From positions 98,146,001-98,210,000 of the forward strand of contig NC_042998.1 of assembly GCF_006345805.1 (NCBI RefSeq): a stretch of DNA of 64,000 bases. Direction: 5' to 3'. The DNA comes from Octopus sinensis (Eukaryota). A model generated the notes under the pieces. The model made no database searches. It saw nothing but the letters and a program-made list of their open reading frames with translations, and had not been told where the DNA came from. Of the stretch, positions 39,131-51,484 are shown one piece after another. How positions within the stretch are numbered: the stretch's first letter is position 1; each line of letters begins with the position of its first letter. The position numbers and the translations under genes are program-made.

Positions 39131-39175
39131 AACACGTTTCAGCTGATATACCCTCCAGCCTTCATCAAGTGTCTT
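39131..39175 (-). ncRNA. Degenerate minimal type I hammerhead ribozyme-like motif
   Basis: AAGACAC-TTGATGA-A-GGCTG-N10-CAGCT-GAAAC-GTGTT, with C3 mutated and the cleavage triplet absent. The sister motif at 39968-40012 reads CTGATAA-A-GGCTG...AAGCT-GAAAC. Confidence 0.55.
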
Positions 39176-39363
39176 CGGGAAATTTCAAACCTGGGTTCTC
39201 ATTCCTAAGGTACTTTTCGATATTATTATTATTATTATTGTTGTTCAGGTAACTGCTTGGAATCGAACTCGGAATCTTGGGGTTAGGAGCCCATGCTCTT
39301 AAACCCAAAATTCCGAGTTCAATTCCAAGCAGTGACCTGAGCAATAATAGTAATAATAATAAT

Positions 39364-39577
39364 ACTCTTTATTCTTTTACTTGTTTCAGTCATTTTGACT
39401 GTGGCCATGCTGGAGCACCGCCTTTAGTCGAGCAAATCGACCCCAGGACTTATTCTTTTTAAGCCTAGTACTTATTCTATCAGTATCTTTTGCCAAACCG
39501 CTAAGTTATGGAGACGTAAACACACCAGCATTGGTTGTCAAGCGATGTTGGGGACGGACACACACAAACATACACAC

Positions 39578-39608
<31 letters not shown>

Positions 39609-39695
39609 CGGAAAAGACTTTTTCTATTCCTGAGCGTTATACAAATACATCTGTTTTGTACACCACCAGTCTTCGTCTTTTGTTTTTTTCATAAA

Positions 39696-39754
<59 letters not shown>

Positions 39755-39909
39755 CGGGTTTCTTTCAGTTTCTGTCTACCAAATCCACTCACAAAGCTTT
39801 GGTCGGCCCAAGGCTATAATAGAAGACACTTGCCCAAGGTGCCACATGCAGTGGGACTGAACCCGGAACCATGTGGTTGGTAAGCAAGCTACTTACCACA
39901 CAGCCACTC
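39364..39909 (-). mobile_element. SINE (family of 32863) nested in the (AAT)n of the fold-back element, itself carrying a ~90-bp unrelated insert in its (TA)n
   Basis: Head CAGCCACTC ends at 39909 and the tail ACTCTTTATTCTTTTAC starts at 39364. The extra sequence 39610-39700 is absent from the 32863 and 34335 copies. Confidence 0.88.
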
Positions 39910-41169
39910 AATAATAACAACATTGAAAAATACCTTAGAAATGAGAACCCAGGTTCGAAATTTCCCCAAGACACCTGATAAAGGCTGGCAGGTATATAAG
40001 CTGAAACGTATTAACAACAAACAAGATGAAGACAAATATCCATCAAATGTAAATAATGAACTTTTACTTAATTAAACTTATTATTTACTTCTACAAGGAA
40101 TAAAAATCACTTTTAGCAGAAAAGCATTGTCAATAAACTATCCTCACTATTTAAGCGTTATTCATTCCATCAAACATGAAGGGTTGGAAGACAAAGTTAT
40201 CACTCGTTTGATAGCTATTATAAAACACTAAAAAAGGGAGCACCAAAATTTGAAGAAAAGAATTAACATTACAACTGGAGTAATAAGCTTAAGTTGTTGT
40301 GTAGCTCCAGGTGAGCCTTGAATGGCCAATCTTATGGCACTTAAGTAGTCAACCAAACAATGAAGTGCAACCAACAAATACATATTCCTAGTTATATCAT
40401 GTAGCTGACTATCAATGCATGCTCCAACACACACAGTACTTGTATTCAGGACACTGTGGGTCTACACACATTGCACACTCTCTACTTTCTAGTCTATTTC
40501 TGCTCTCTCATAACTTCTAGTGATAGTCCCAACAGAGACAAGAAAGTGTAACAGTTACTACTCCTCTAAACTTATTGCTAATAGTGTGCATTCCAATAGT
40601 GCTTGTGGACAATGAGGCTATTGATGTTGCAATTATTTCTGTATAAGACCCTAATGTTCATCTGGGCTGATTGTAAAGATGCAGTTTTTGCATGTTGTTG
40701 CAGCAGTGTTCTGTTAGTAGCGGTTTTTCACATAGTGAGAGGGACTGTGACAGTTGAAGCTTGGCCAACAACAAACTGTTCCCCTCACACGTCCAAATGG
40801 TCTTTCATTTTTATTACATTTTATTTCACAGCTGATCAGTAGGTGTAGTCTGCATACAACCTGTTATGATACATATGGTACTGATTTAAGTTCTTTGTAG
40901 TTTGTTGTAGCATAGTTTATGATGGACCTGTTTTTCTTTCTTTTTTTTATCTATATACCACTTGTTTCTTTCTGTGAGCCTGTTGTGGTACCTGTGATTA
41001 CTAAGTATGTTTGTGCATTGTTTTACTTTTCTTTACTGTGTTTTCTTTCTATGCGTATGTTGTGAAAGTTATGCAAAAATTTCATTTAAATTTAGTATTT
41101 TTGTTTTATGTGAGTATATGACACTGATCCGCTATTGCAACCCTTTAAGAACAAGATTAGCACATATTT

Positions 41170-42178
41170 CATCCCCTTTTTGCACTACTAATTACTACCT
41201 TCTCCCACTTATTTAAATCTATCCCCATTTTCATCCCTTCCCACACTACTTTCCACTAATTGTTCTCCTTTCTGAGCCTTCAGTTACCTCTTTCTCTCCT
41301 CAGAGATATGGCAGACCTAAAATGTAGGTCTGCCATATCTCAATCTTAATACCTCTCATATCTTCTTCATTCTCAACACCCTCTTGTATCTGCCATCAAT
41401 GCCTCATTTCAGGATTGTCACTTAGCTCACTATAGCCACCTTTATACACCTCAGACCTTCATCTCTGTCACTTTGTATCTCTTATCCATCTCCAATTTCC
41501 CACCTTGCATATCATCTTACCTTCTGATCAATCTACAGCTGCTCTCCTCCTTTCCTATATTGCCATGTGTCAATTCCTCCCTCCTGAACCACCTCTGTCT
41601 CTTTCACCTTCCCCTACCTGCATACTAATATTCATCACCAACCACACCTCCATCCTTGTTCACTCACTCACTACATTCACCTCTATTACCATCTCTAATC
41701 ATCAGTTACTCTCCTCTTGCATTTAACCCTCCACAGTGCGTATACTCTCTTATACTCACCTTGAAAGTTTGCTCATGAACCTAGGCACCACCATCTTCAT
41801 CTTTCCAGCCACCCCACCAACTTATATAATGCAGATTAGCCATTTATTTCTTCTATAGCAAGATACCTGTGCTTGTTCCTGTCATACTTCAGCTTCTCAA
41901 CAATTGGCATATACCTAACTCTCTCAACCACACTCACATTCAGTCAAGGGTCTTTTCCTTTCTGGTCTTACAAGTTACTTGGTGACTTCATTAGTGCCAG
42001 TGGCATGAGAAACATCTAGTATACATTGTGAAGTGGTTGGCATTAGGAAGGGCATCCAACCACAGAAACCATATCAAGGCGGACACTGAAGCTTGATGCA
42101 ATCCTGTTGCTTGTCAGATCCTCTCAAACCATCCAATACATGCCAGCATGGAAAGCAGACATGAAAAGATGATGATCA
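41170..42178 (+). mobile_element. RTE 3'UTR/tail remnant (C/T-rich UTR plus conserved tail)
   Basis: Ends GTGGTTGGCATTAGGAAGGGCATCCAACCACAGAAACC...CATGCCAGCATGGAAAGCAGACATGAAAAGATGATGAT. Confidence 0.7.
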
Positions 42179-43733
42179 TAAATTGTACAGCAGTGTTTGG
42201 AGAATAGTGGTAGAACAAGATTGTGATATCATCTGCAAAAGAGGCTGTCTATACATTTTGTAAAGGTCTTCTAGTACTGAACCAAATTTAACACTGAATC
42301 AAAATGATGGTATCAATCTTGATAAATGAAAATATTACATTTTTCCCCTCAGTAATTAAAGTATATCCTTTTCCCTCTAAGTTCTTGAAATCTAGTAAGA
42401 ACCTCTTCTATGTAATAATTGTATTTTACACCTACAACAAAAATATACCATCATCAACTGATTAAAAATTCTAAATTCTATCTTGAGTTCATTTGTTTCA
42501 TGAAAAATCACTTTAAAAAATTTTTTTAAATAATACATTAAAATACATTTCCTTTTTTATGTATGTGTATGCTGTACATGTGACTTTTTAAAACTATTTA
42601 GTCTGTTTTCCATTCATATTCTACTTCCGTCTTACATTTCACTTCAGATTCTTTTTGTTAGAAAGGAAGGAGAGAAAAAGATAACTGATTTATTTTTTTT
42701 TTTTTTTTATATAGCTAAGTAACTAAATATTCAAACATAAAAGTTTTACTTGCAGTTTCCGATTCATTCGAAAATGTGAGAATAATCTTACCTGAAAATA
42801 AAAACAAACATGATGTATAAAGTGAGAAAGAGGACATATATATAAAGCTTGAATTACTAAATTTATTTATTCTTGGGTTAGAAATGTTAGCAATATATAG
42901 TAGGTACTAAAATTATTATTTTTTTCTTTTTTTTGGTATTTTTACATTCTCAGTTCTTCTTTAAGAACAACAAACATTTTTAGATCTCTTTTCAAATGCT
43001 GAAACATTATGGTATCTAACAGGAGCACTAATCTTTAAAACAAACATAGTTCTGTATATTTGTATTGCTACAGAATTTTTTTTTCTTTGCTCCACTGACA
43101 CAAGGTCACAAATTTACAAAAGCATATAGTCAGCCAAGCTAACTCCCAGTCTATTATTATTAGCACTTGTTTTTATCAACTCCAAACAGATAAAAGGAAA
43201 GTAAATTCAGAACACAAGGAAATGTAACTAAAATCCACAAGATGTTTATCCTACTTTCTGCTGAACCCACCATCTATTGAGTACCCTGAGTACTAAAACC
43301 AGTCCTACATGCTTCACAGTATTTATTTTAGTAGGTCACAAAACTAAATATCAATCTCAGGACCAACTTTGCTATTCTTACTCCAGAAGTTGATAAAGTA
43401 GAATATTGAAGCGAGTTCAATATTTTATAAAACAGACTATGTTGAGTGAAAAGTAATCATTATTGAACAGTTGCAATAGATATTGGTTTTAATATTTAAA
43501 AAATGCATGAAGCTGATAGTTATTTTCTAGTCCAGTAATATAAATCAATAAGGATATAATTATTTATAGTAATAGTGATTTTTCCATCAGTATAAGATAT
43601 GAACAGAGGTCACAAAATGACCCTTCCAACTGGATAGAACAGGACCAAGGTGCTCTTGTTACATGTCAGTTCAGTTGTAGACCAAACTTAAGATGAAATT
43701 AAGTCACATCAAAACATTGAGCTATGCAAGTGT

Positions 43734-43866
43734 GAGAGGGGGAGGGGGAGACAATAGGTGATGGAGGGAGATGATGGGGGAGGGAGACAGGAGTGGGGAA
43801 GTGGGAGGGGGAGGGAGACCGTGGGTGAGGAAAAAGGAAGGGGAGAGGAGAGGGAAGGGAGAGAGA
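43734..43866 (+). repeat. G/A-rich purine tract with multiple G3-G7 runs
   Basis: GAGAGGGGGAGGGGGAG...GGGGGGG...GTGGGGAAGTGGGAGGGGGAGGGAG. Confidence 0.85.
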
Positions 43867-46333
43867 AATCTAATCAAACAAACTGAGTGACTGGAGCTAC
43901 TAAAAAATATTAGCAATTCTGCATCATACAAGTCCATATCTGAATTCTGAAATATTGCATGCATGCACAAATACTAAATGGAGAAAGCTTTAGTTAATAA
44001 GTAAAGGAAAAATCAAAAAATTTATTTCTAGTGTATATAGTTACTTATACTTAAATAATAATATTAAATGAATTTTCAAAATGCTTTGACTTTTCACAGA
44101 TTCTGATACCCATTATTACTCTTAATGCACTGACAAACCTATAACACAATCACTGACCTAAAATTTCCTTATACAAGAAATCTCAAACACAGTAACTAAA
44201 TCTTGTGCTATTATATAACTTTTTGATTGTTGGGAGCAAAACTTATATTTCTAATACTGGTACAAAATTGCAGAATTTGAACAGACATTTTGAGAAATTA
44301 AATACAAAACTGATTTCTCTAGTTTCATAAGTTCAAAGATCTTTAACATAAATAATTTTATTTCAGTGTATTTATGAGAGATTAAAATCTCATTTCTCTT
44401 GATTGCATTTATGGTTGTAATTATGTCACTTATTTCAATGATTCAACTATGAGATTTTGAACACAAAATTAACCAAAGAACAGTTCATGAATTCAAGTCA
44501 TATAATCTCATTAAACATATCAAGAAGTCAACATTTAGCATTCAAACTGTAGGTTTAGTATTCCAGTCATTATGATACCAATACCTCCATCTCCTGTATT
44601 AATTAGATCCTTTAAGAAAGAAATACTTATCTAAAACCTCTAACAAACCATTTACAATTCTGTTCTTAAATATCACTTCCATTCATACTGACCACAAGTT
44701 GCATAACTACTTCATAACAACCTAACTTATACACCAATGCATCTCAAGAGTAACAATTACTGACACTGTCATACAAGTACAAAGTTTCTACCTAATTATT
44801 ATCAACACTTTCAGGTTTCAAATTTCTCTTGCAATTCTTCAACTACACAATTGAAAGGTTAGTTATTTGCAAATAGAATCTCCTAGAAGGATTTGGTTCT
44901 GAAATCCTTCACTGTAGTTTTAAAACCAAAGTTAGAAATAATAATAAAAACAACAACAAAAACATCAACAACAATTGAATGTTTGCTATATATCCACCTG
45001 AATCTTAATATCTTCCTAATGTATAACCCTAATCCTGACTCTTTTATCCTTCTCATGATCAAAATACAGAAAATATACACGCACACATCACTTGCTATTG
45101 AAGTAGAAGGTAAACATTTTTCCCCCACGTTTATGCTTCACCAAATACAAGAGCCATTAAAAACGGTAAAACCATAAATGTAAGTATTCTATAACTGACC
45201 TATGTCAAACACAAACAACAGTTCTTTTGTGGAAGGTTTTATAACTGATGCTTCTTTAATATGAAATTTTATTAATGTTGGTTGAAGTAAACAGCACACT
45301 ACTATGACAATCAGTCTCCTAAAAGTAAAAGCTAACTTTTTCTCTCAATCACTTTGAGAGGTGTGTATATATACACTAGTGAAGTCTGTTTGAAATTGCA
45401 TTACTTCATCCTACCACTGACAAAACCATTATCTTGATCTGACAGGCTATCTGACTGTCAGTGAACTTAGTAGTAAGCAGGAAACCCAGTCATGACTTTT
45501 GAATTGCCTACTTCAAAAACCAGAAGATTTAGTTGACAAAACAAGCACCACTGACAAAATGTTAAGTGGTCAAATTGATTAGGAAGTCACAATTTCCACC
45601 CAGAATAACTAACAAAAAAGAAAAATAATACTTCAAGTCACTCATTAACTTCTTAAAGAATATTAATTCAAACATAAGTGAGAACTTTCTATGTTGGCTT
45701 CCACTCTCAACATGTAACTTAAATCACTGGTAAATCAAAACACATCATATCTTGAATATACTCTATGATTCATGTCAATAATTGAATATCAATTTCAAAT
45801 TGAAAAGGACAATTTCAAAGTTCATTATATGACACTTCCTTTATCAATTTCTATGATTATTTTCAATTTAAATGACTAAAAAAAAATCATGATGTCATTT
45901 TAGTATTAACAGTTGTATTCATTTAAAAATGTAAATTTTTCTGAATGTTATGCTGGTGGTGGCAATAGTTTTGGTTTCTGGCTGATTTTGTTCTTCCAAA
46001 CATCTAGTCACCTAAGACAATGTTTTAATTAGTCAAGTTTCTTTCTAATCATTCTAATGTTTCTCATGCCAGCTTAAAGATACAAATTTAAAAGAAACAT
46101 CACTTTTAGGCAAATAGAAAAATATTGCTTTTCTCTTATGAATATTTTTTTTCTTCTTTGCCTTGAGATTATACAATTTTGTCATAGGACTAAACGTTTT
46201 TATCACTGCATTCTAGTTCCTTGACTTACCACTACCATCAACTCCCAATCTTTGATTTTTATAACATATTCATATCATGCATATCAACTGATGCTTTTCA
46301 AGTCAAGAAATTTTCTCAGCATACATTCACTTA

Positions 46334-46401
46334 GTTTTTCACTTATGCTATACACCTATGTTTTCACCTATGTTATACACCTATGTTTTCACCTATGTTA
46401 T
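46334..46401. repeat. Short tandem repeat, alternating 12/13-bp subunits (25-bp period)
   Basis: TTTTCAC(C/T)TATG-(C/T)TATACACCTATG repeated ~2.7 times. Confidence 0.8.
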
Positions 46402-47595
46402 ACAATCAGTTTATTTCCCTCTCATTGTTTCAAATTTTCTTTACTTGCCCAAAATCCACTACTACTCAGTATGCATGTCTTATACAAGCTTCATACAGCT
46501 TCATTTATATCAGAAAGCCCAAATAATAAACAATACATAGCCCAAGTACCATAGAATAAACTAATTATCAAAGCATCCTGTTGATTCATAGATAACTCCA
46601 CACCAAATGAGGACTTCAAAACAACAATACACAAATTGAAGATGACAAGAATTCTAATTTAATTCCACTATCCTAAGACTGAACATATTGTGTCTGCTAC
46701 TGAACTAATTGTTTACCAGTTACTTAATGGCAACAACTTTCAAAGGAAAGTGTTCTTGTGTTCTTACTCTGTGCATGTGCAAAAACAAAAATGAAAAAGA
46801 AAGGAGAAAAAAAACCCAGCAAAATTAAAAGAATATTCCATGTAATTTTATGTCCTTTTGATTTTTATTCTTAATAAAAACAAAATTACCCTTATAAGAA
46901 TTCAATAATTAAATGCCTTGGTATACTGAATGCAAATTGTTTTATAAAACGAAATTGAATTTTTCAGTGAGTCAGTCAATTTACATCAGGTTGATAATTG
47001 CTCAGCAAAAGCTCATAACAAAAGTCACTAATGAACATCCAAATAACTTGAAACAATTCACTAATCACTGATACTGACATACTGATCAGAACATTAATGG
47101 TTGCTTAGAAAACAATTTAGCTATGCACACTAATTTTCCTCCTTCAAAAGGAATTCAAGAAGAAAAAGACAATGTTTACTTTTTGTGAATTTGAAATTAG
47201 AGAACCTATAAAAGTTGCAAGCTAAATGTGATTCATTAAGAGGGAGCAACAGACTAAGTATCAGAAATATCATCTGCTACATTCAGCAAGTGATTGTTAT
47301 GATTTTAATTTATGGTATATTTAAAAGTACGTAATTATAAGCAAGAGTTAGAGGTCATTCAAAATGTCTTTAAATAAATTTTAAGAATATCTCAGAAATA
47401 TTAATATGGTATCCAGAGCCTAATATTTCCATACTTGTCTCAATACAAACTTTTAGCAATTCTAGCTCTGATTACAAGATATCACATGAAGACTAAAAAT
47501 GCTAGCATAGCTGTTATGCTCAAAATACATTATAGAAAGATCTAAATAACCACACACACATAAAAAGAACAGAAAATTACAGCCATAATGCAATA

Positions 47596-48036
47596 TAGGC
47601 ATGGCTGTATAGTTAAAAAATTTACTTCTAACTACATGGTTTTAGGTCCAGCTCTACGTCCTGGCACTGTGTGTTTTCTACTTATAGCCCAGGCTGACCA
47701 AAGCATCAAGAGTAGATTTTGGAAATGGAAACTGAAGGAAACCTACTCTGTGTGTGTGTGGGGGGGGGGGGTATGTGTGTACGCGCATGTGTGAGTATGT
47801 ATGTTTGTATCAGCTTGTCTTGACATGTGATGGCTGCAGATGTGCATTGCATCATACAAGTGGTGTTGTTTCATTTCCAATCTGCTGTGAAAACATGCCT
47901 TTCCATACAGAGATACCACTTTGTTTGGAAACAGGTAAGGGTTAACGACAAAGAGAGTATCTGACCATAGAAATTCTGCCTCAACAAAATCTGTCTGACC
48001 CATGCTAGCATAAGTGGATGCTATGACGATGATGAT
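47596..48036 (+). mobile_element. Composite SINE: tRNA/CORE-like head, (TG)n, RTE-derived tail
   Basis: AGGCATGGCTGTATAGTTAA head; GGAAACTGAAGGAAACC; tail GACCCATGCTAGCATAAGTGGATGCTATGACGATGATGAT. Confidence 0.72.
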
Positions 48037-49114
48037 ATAAAACCTAGTCATCAACTCCTACCATTTTGTAGTTCTTTGTTAAACTTCTCTATTTAAGAAG
48101 TTAGAAGTAGATTCAACAGATTCACTAGTACAATGCTTACTCAGATGAATGACTGAAGAGGGTGACACATTTTTTTCTTTCTTTAGACATTTCCTTTGTG
48201 ATGCAACATTAGGTTTTACATAATCATTTGCTATTCAACATCAAAATATACTCCCCCAACATAGAGAGGAAAAAAACGAAATGGCATTAGTCATATAAAG
48301 TGTTATTTTTGTGTGCCAGTAAATGACTAGATAAAAACATTCAACGTGTTAAAATATATTAGTAAAGTAGAGTAGCTCAGCAGCTAAACTACAATACTAT
48401 ATTTATAACAGGCTGGGAGTTACATCAGTTAACTAATTTTAAGGATGAGTAAAAAGTGCAAGTAAAGCTATTCAGGTTTATTAAAAAGTGAAACTATCAA
48501 AGTCTTTGTGAAAGATAAAAATATTATAAATCCCATATAAATAAATAATATTTTGAGAGAGATGGAGAAAAGAAGAAAGGCTATTGAACATATTTGTATA
48601 AAAATATTTCATTCAATTTATTTTTCTTTAATAACTATAAACAGTTGCATGCTAAGAATCAGCTTATCTGCAAATTGAATCAACAGCTCAGATTCAATAT
48701 TCAGTTGGAATAATTTCATTTACTAAACTAATACTATTAAGAAAACATGAACAGTAATTTCCAGTTTCTCCTCCCACCATGGTAACTTCACTCACACATA
48801 AGAAACTATTTCATCTAACAAATGGAAAATAACACGATAATTGAAAGATTATAAGACCAAGAGAGTACCAGAAGGGTGAAGCTGATAACATAGAAATAAT
48901 GTTATATATGTGTATGTGTGTATAAACATTATGTAGTCATTTTCATCATTTGCTTTCATCTCCATTTCAAATATCATCTAAGATCACTTAAAGAATGACA
49001 AGCACAGGCTGCATGACCATTTTGCTCAATACAATACAGTGAATACACAAAAAATAAAGATAACCATATTTATTTACTAAAAAGTTATCAAAGACAGCAA
49101 CATTAGCATACCTC

Positions 49115-49433
49115 TCAAGTAAGCAAAACAAAAAAGGTTAGTGAGATTTGTGAAACTGGTGTTTTAGCTTTTAAGATATCATCAATATTTGCTTTAGAAT
49201 TGCTGCATCCAACCAAGATAATTGCTTTCAAATGTTCATCAATCAACCTTGTTCGATGTGCTGACTTCACATACTTCATTTTTGAAAATGCTTGCTCACA
49301 GACATAAGTTGCTCCAAACACTGATGCCATACCAGAGGCAAATGAACTCTCATTGCAGGTACTTACACAAAAGGTATAGTACAGTGATGAACCAGATGGA
49401 CTGGCGTCACAGGCCATACTTTGGTGACCTCTG
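49115..49433 (-). mobile_element. hAT (Charlie/SPIN/Buster-like) deletion derivative: TIR joined to the transposase C-terminal dimerisation region
   Basis: Minus 5' end CAGAGGTCACCAAAGTATGGCC is hAT TIR-like. Translation MASVFGATYVCEQAFSKMKYVKSAHRTRLIDEHL matches the FGSTYxCEQxFSxMKxxKSxxRxRLTDEHL motif. The second TIR was not found. Confidence 0.8.
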
Positions 49434-51056
49434 AAGTAGACCTATAATCAAACATTGCCATTCATTCTATCTCCAGATTGCATATCTAAGACTATATTAA
49501 GCAATATTTCTTTCATTTAACATAGAAAAGTGGGATTTAAGTAAAATTTGGCTACTGTTTCTGTTGGGACAGCCAATCATGCAAAAGCTTCAATTGTTGT
49601 TGTTTAACCCCAGATCATACCTGATCACGTAGGTCTATGATCAAAGGTATACCAACTATGATCATTCACAGCATGATTTTCTCAGCTATTATGTATGTAC
49701 CCTGGACTATATTATCCAATGTGTCCCTTTATTGAGACAGTAAAATGTGATTTAAGGGGGATTTGGCTGTTACTTTTAGCAGGCCAAGTAATCAGGTTAA
49801 TGGTTTCTGTTGTTATAATGCACTTAAGAGTATGAGTAAAAGAGGGGATAGAAAGCAGCTATAAGTCAAACTCAGACAGTAATGAATTCCAAAATCATGC
49901 ATGGTATAAAACACAAAAACACAGAAAAGTGAGCAAATGAACAGCTGTAAAGAGAAAAGGATGAATAGGCACATCAGGAGTAGTATTGATGAACTTCAGG
50001 AAGTATGGAATTTTTGAAGGGTGCAACAACCAATACAAATAGTCTATTCCATGCTTAAAAAATTCTGAGTGTGCTGACATTTTCTGAAGCACTAATGTGC
50101 AATCTTTATAGTTTATTTAAGCTGGCACAATATTTGATTTACTTCAGTGATAACATAGATGATTAAGATAATTACCTGAGATTACTTTCAAAGTATAGAA
50201 AGGGAGAAAAAAATTTTGCAACTTTTCAAGAAATCTGCTGCAGCATCAAGAAATTGAGAAGCTTATGCAAAAAGCACTCCACTAATATCAACAAATAACC
50301 TCATCAAATATTCCTTGAACAGCAATTTGGTAGAATCCTTAGAGCATTAGATGAAATGCCTTGTAATGTTCATTCTGGCTTCTTGCCGATGTCAGCTTTA
50401 CCTTTCATAGTCAATAAATAAAATATCAGAGGGAATGCCTTGCAAATATTTCTTCCAGTTCTTTGCTAAGTTCAAATCTCATTGGCTTACTTGGGTCACA
50501 GACTTAATCTGTCACCTTCATGAACACCAGAAACTGTTCATTGAGTGCCTTTAATAGAATCCTTTCAGGGTAGGTCTCTGGTTTAAGAATACCTTCTTCC
50601 CTCCCTTTCTCCAACCAGTCTCTAAGCTCCTGTAAAGGGGCTTGATCACTTTCTTCTCCCTGATTAACTGATTAAAAAAAAAATTAGCTAAGGTTCTGAC
50701 ATACTGCCATCTTATGCATAAATTATTTTGAAATTAATTTATATCTAAAGATAAAATAACAGTCTTTCATCTGTTTTAAAAGAATAATATATGAAGGAAT
50801 TGGAAGCATCAGCTTCTGAAGTTATTTCACATATTTTTATCATTTAAAAAATGAGGAGTAATGAATTTCATTAGCAAATACTTTAGCTTTAAATATTAAA
50901 TCCTTAAAATTTTTGAGAAACATTTTTTTAAACACCATACCATAATTGTAACCAACAGAAATTGAAATAGAAAGCAAAATGAATATCAGATGGTATGTGG
51001 ATTAAATGCAATACAAAATTAAGCCAGCATATGTATAACAAGTCAATAGTCTAATA

Positions 51057-51373
51057 GAGCATTTCTCAACCAGGGTTCCCTAGTGTTCCACAAAAGATTC
51101 CTAGCGGTTCTCCGAGAAAGAGTGAGGTAAGCTAATGCTAATACATGCACAACATATTATTGGTTATTGTAATATAGACATAATCCTATTTAACCTATTA
51201 TGTTATCAAAAAATATAACAACCATATATATATATATATATGATATTTACCATGTGAACTACAATGAAAAATATATCAAAGATATGGTATATAATTTTTT
51301 CTGTGCAGGGGTTCCTTGTGACATGTCCTTTATTTTAAGGGCTACGCAAGGGTAAAAATATTGAGAAACACTG
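51057..51373. mobile_element. hAT MITE with 8-bp TSD
   Basis: Termini GAGCATTTCTCAAC / TTGAGAAACACTG (consensus CAGTGTTTCTCAA). Perfect TSD GTCTAATA at 51049-51056 and 51374-51381. Confidence 0.88.
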
Positions 51374-51484
51374 GTCTAATACAATGGAATACCTAATCTA
51401 TGTATATATTTGCATGCATGTACCACAGAAACGATGCCAAAATAGATAACTGGAACCTGAGCAGTTCCAGGCAAACCATCCAAT

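Larger units (their letters stand above)
39061..40058. mobile_element. Fold-back retroelement: two head-to-head copies of a tRNA-headed unit with a Penelope-like tail, 12-bp TSD, interrupted by a SINE
   Basis: The left arm 39061-39302 (minus) is the inverse of the right arm 39301-39363 plus 39910-40058 (plus). TSD AACTTTTACTTA at 39049-39060 and 40059-40070. B box GAGTTC(G/A)ATTCC is present in both arms. Confidence 0.8.

Noticed and set aside
39245-39340. Functional tRNA gene
   Set aside because: Only a 5'-truncated tRNA-like segment with a B box is present, with no complete cloverleaf. It is treated as a SINE head.
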